Origin: Thermotogota bacterium
Lineage (GTDB): Bacteria > Thermotogota > Thermotogae > Mesoaciditogales > Mesoaciditogaceae
Assembly (NCBI GenBank): GCA_026988035.1
Contig: JALSLY010000069.1
Location: 15,337 to 79,336, forward strand
Direction: 5' to 3'
DNA: 64,000 bases
In this document: in pieces, positions 63,496 to 64,000 of the stretch
Layout: each line of letters starts with the position of its first letter
Position numbering within the stretch: position 1 is the stretch's first letter
Notes under the pieces: model-generated
Told to the model about the DNA's origin: nothing
Databases searched by the model: none
The model's input: only the letters and a program-made list of their open reading frames with translations
Translations under genes and position numbers: made by a program

Positions 63496-64000
63496 TTACC
63501 TCCGAGTAGTTCTCTTTTCAACTTTGAAGACCAATTTGTACTGCCTCCAGAAAAACCATACTATGAAAATTCCAATGGCAACAATTCCGATTATTGGCCA
63601 TTCAAGAACCAGAAAGGAATAAAGATACACAGAAATCATTTCCATAAAAGCGTTTGATTCACCAAAACCAAGGCTCTTTAACTCTATCAAAATATCATGT
63701 GGTTTCACTTTTACGTTCAAATAATTTTCTTTTCCAACAAGAGCATAAGGAATCGGAGTTTTCGAAGTAGTTGCATGAACTCCGGTCGATAGGAGCAGAT
63801 CAACGTTATAAGTTTTCAAAATTTTTTTCAATCGTTTAGATGTCTCAGCACTAAGAACTTTGCCCTTTGTTTTTGCCCAAAAAGGAGGGATGTTCATTGC
63901 AACGATGCGATGTGAGTATGTTGAAGCAATTGACAGTTCATGTGATAACCAGTTTAACTGCTGAACAGACAGTTTGCCATTCGCGTCGTTGAGCATGACA
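63496..64000 (-). CDS. C-terminal part of a metallophosphoesterase-like protein with a C-terminal TM anchor; 5' end lies outside the window
   Basis: The frame stays open through base 64000. LSVQQLNWLSHEL....RIVAMNIPP and LLLSTGVHA loosely resemble calcineurin-like phosphoesterase C-terminal blocks. The hydrophobic segment WPIIGIVAIGIFIVWFFW lies near the end. The functional call is weak. Confidence 0.4.
   Translation of the reverse strand, partial: VMLNDANGKLSVQQLNWLSHELSIASTYSHRIVAMNIPPFWAKTKGKVLSAETSKRLKKILKTYNVDLLLSTGVHATTSKTPIPYALVGKENYLNVKVKPHDILIELKSLGFGESNAFMEMISVYLYSFLVLEWPIIGIVAIGIFIVWFFWRQYKLVFKVEKRTTRR

Noticed and set aside
1-64000. A search by eye for defence islands, prophage genes, integrases or transposases, toxin-antitoxin pairs, rRNA, tRNA and riboswitch-like leaders.
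   Set aside because: None was found. The only TA-like component is the lone RHH gene at 52131-52394, which has no toxin partner. Every large ORF has a metabolic, transport or housekeeping assignment.

Overview
This 64-kb chromosomal segment comes from a low-GC bacterium whose gene content looks Thermotogota-like; that taxon call is inference only. It is densely coding and mostly on the + strand.

Gene content, left to right:
- (1) 1-13.7 kb: an L-rhamnose/L-fucose cluster (rhamnose isomerase 3' end, GH29 fucosidase, rhaB, fucI, fucU, aldA). It is fused to a LarA-like racemase, an NlpC/P60 peptidase, etfBA, a GlcD-family FAD dehydrogenase and a D-cysteine-desulfhydrase-family enzyme.
- (2) 14.6-24.3 kb: a methyltransferase, then an AroM / Dpp-type ABC transporter / M20 amidohydrolase / DUF1177-like / XRE-cupin operon.
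- (3) 24.4-31.7 kb: a xylose cluster (ROK regulator, CUT2-type ABC transporter, xylA, xylB).
- (4) 32.1-44.6 kb: housekeeping genes (galE-like, rarA, lgt, polA, usp, miaB, mutS, pfkA, pyk).
- (5) 44.6-50.9 kb: a 2092-aa multidomain lipoprotein pullulanase.
- (6) 51.4-59.1 kb: an RHH protein plus a membrane protein, divergent from a six-gene complex-I/group-4-hydrogenase-like membrane module.
- (7) 59.4-64 kb: an aldo-keto reductase, two small membrane proteins, panC, ispG and a truncated phosphoesterase-like gene.

Main second-look items:
- (a) The membrane module has a NuoD/HycE-like subunit that keeps only 1 of 4 NiFe cysteines and a NuoB/HycG-like subunit that keeps only 2 of 4 Fe-S cysteines. 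No NuoC- or NuoI-like genes are present. This fits an Ehr-type complex of unknown chemistry.
- (b) A non-coding dispersed element occurs in three intergenic gaps (about 13.85-14.55, 31.88-32.01 and 50.93-51.37 kb), all in the same orientation. The copies share imperfect terminal inverted repeats and carry variable G+C-rich, highly self-complementary internal modules.
- (c) The gene order predicts deoxyhexose -> L-lactaldehyde -> L-lactate -> (LarA) D-lactate -> (Etf-linked dehydrogenase) pyruvate.

I saw no rRNA, tRNA, CRISPR array, transposase or phage genes by eye.
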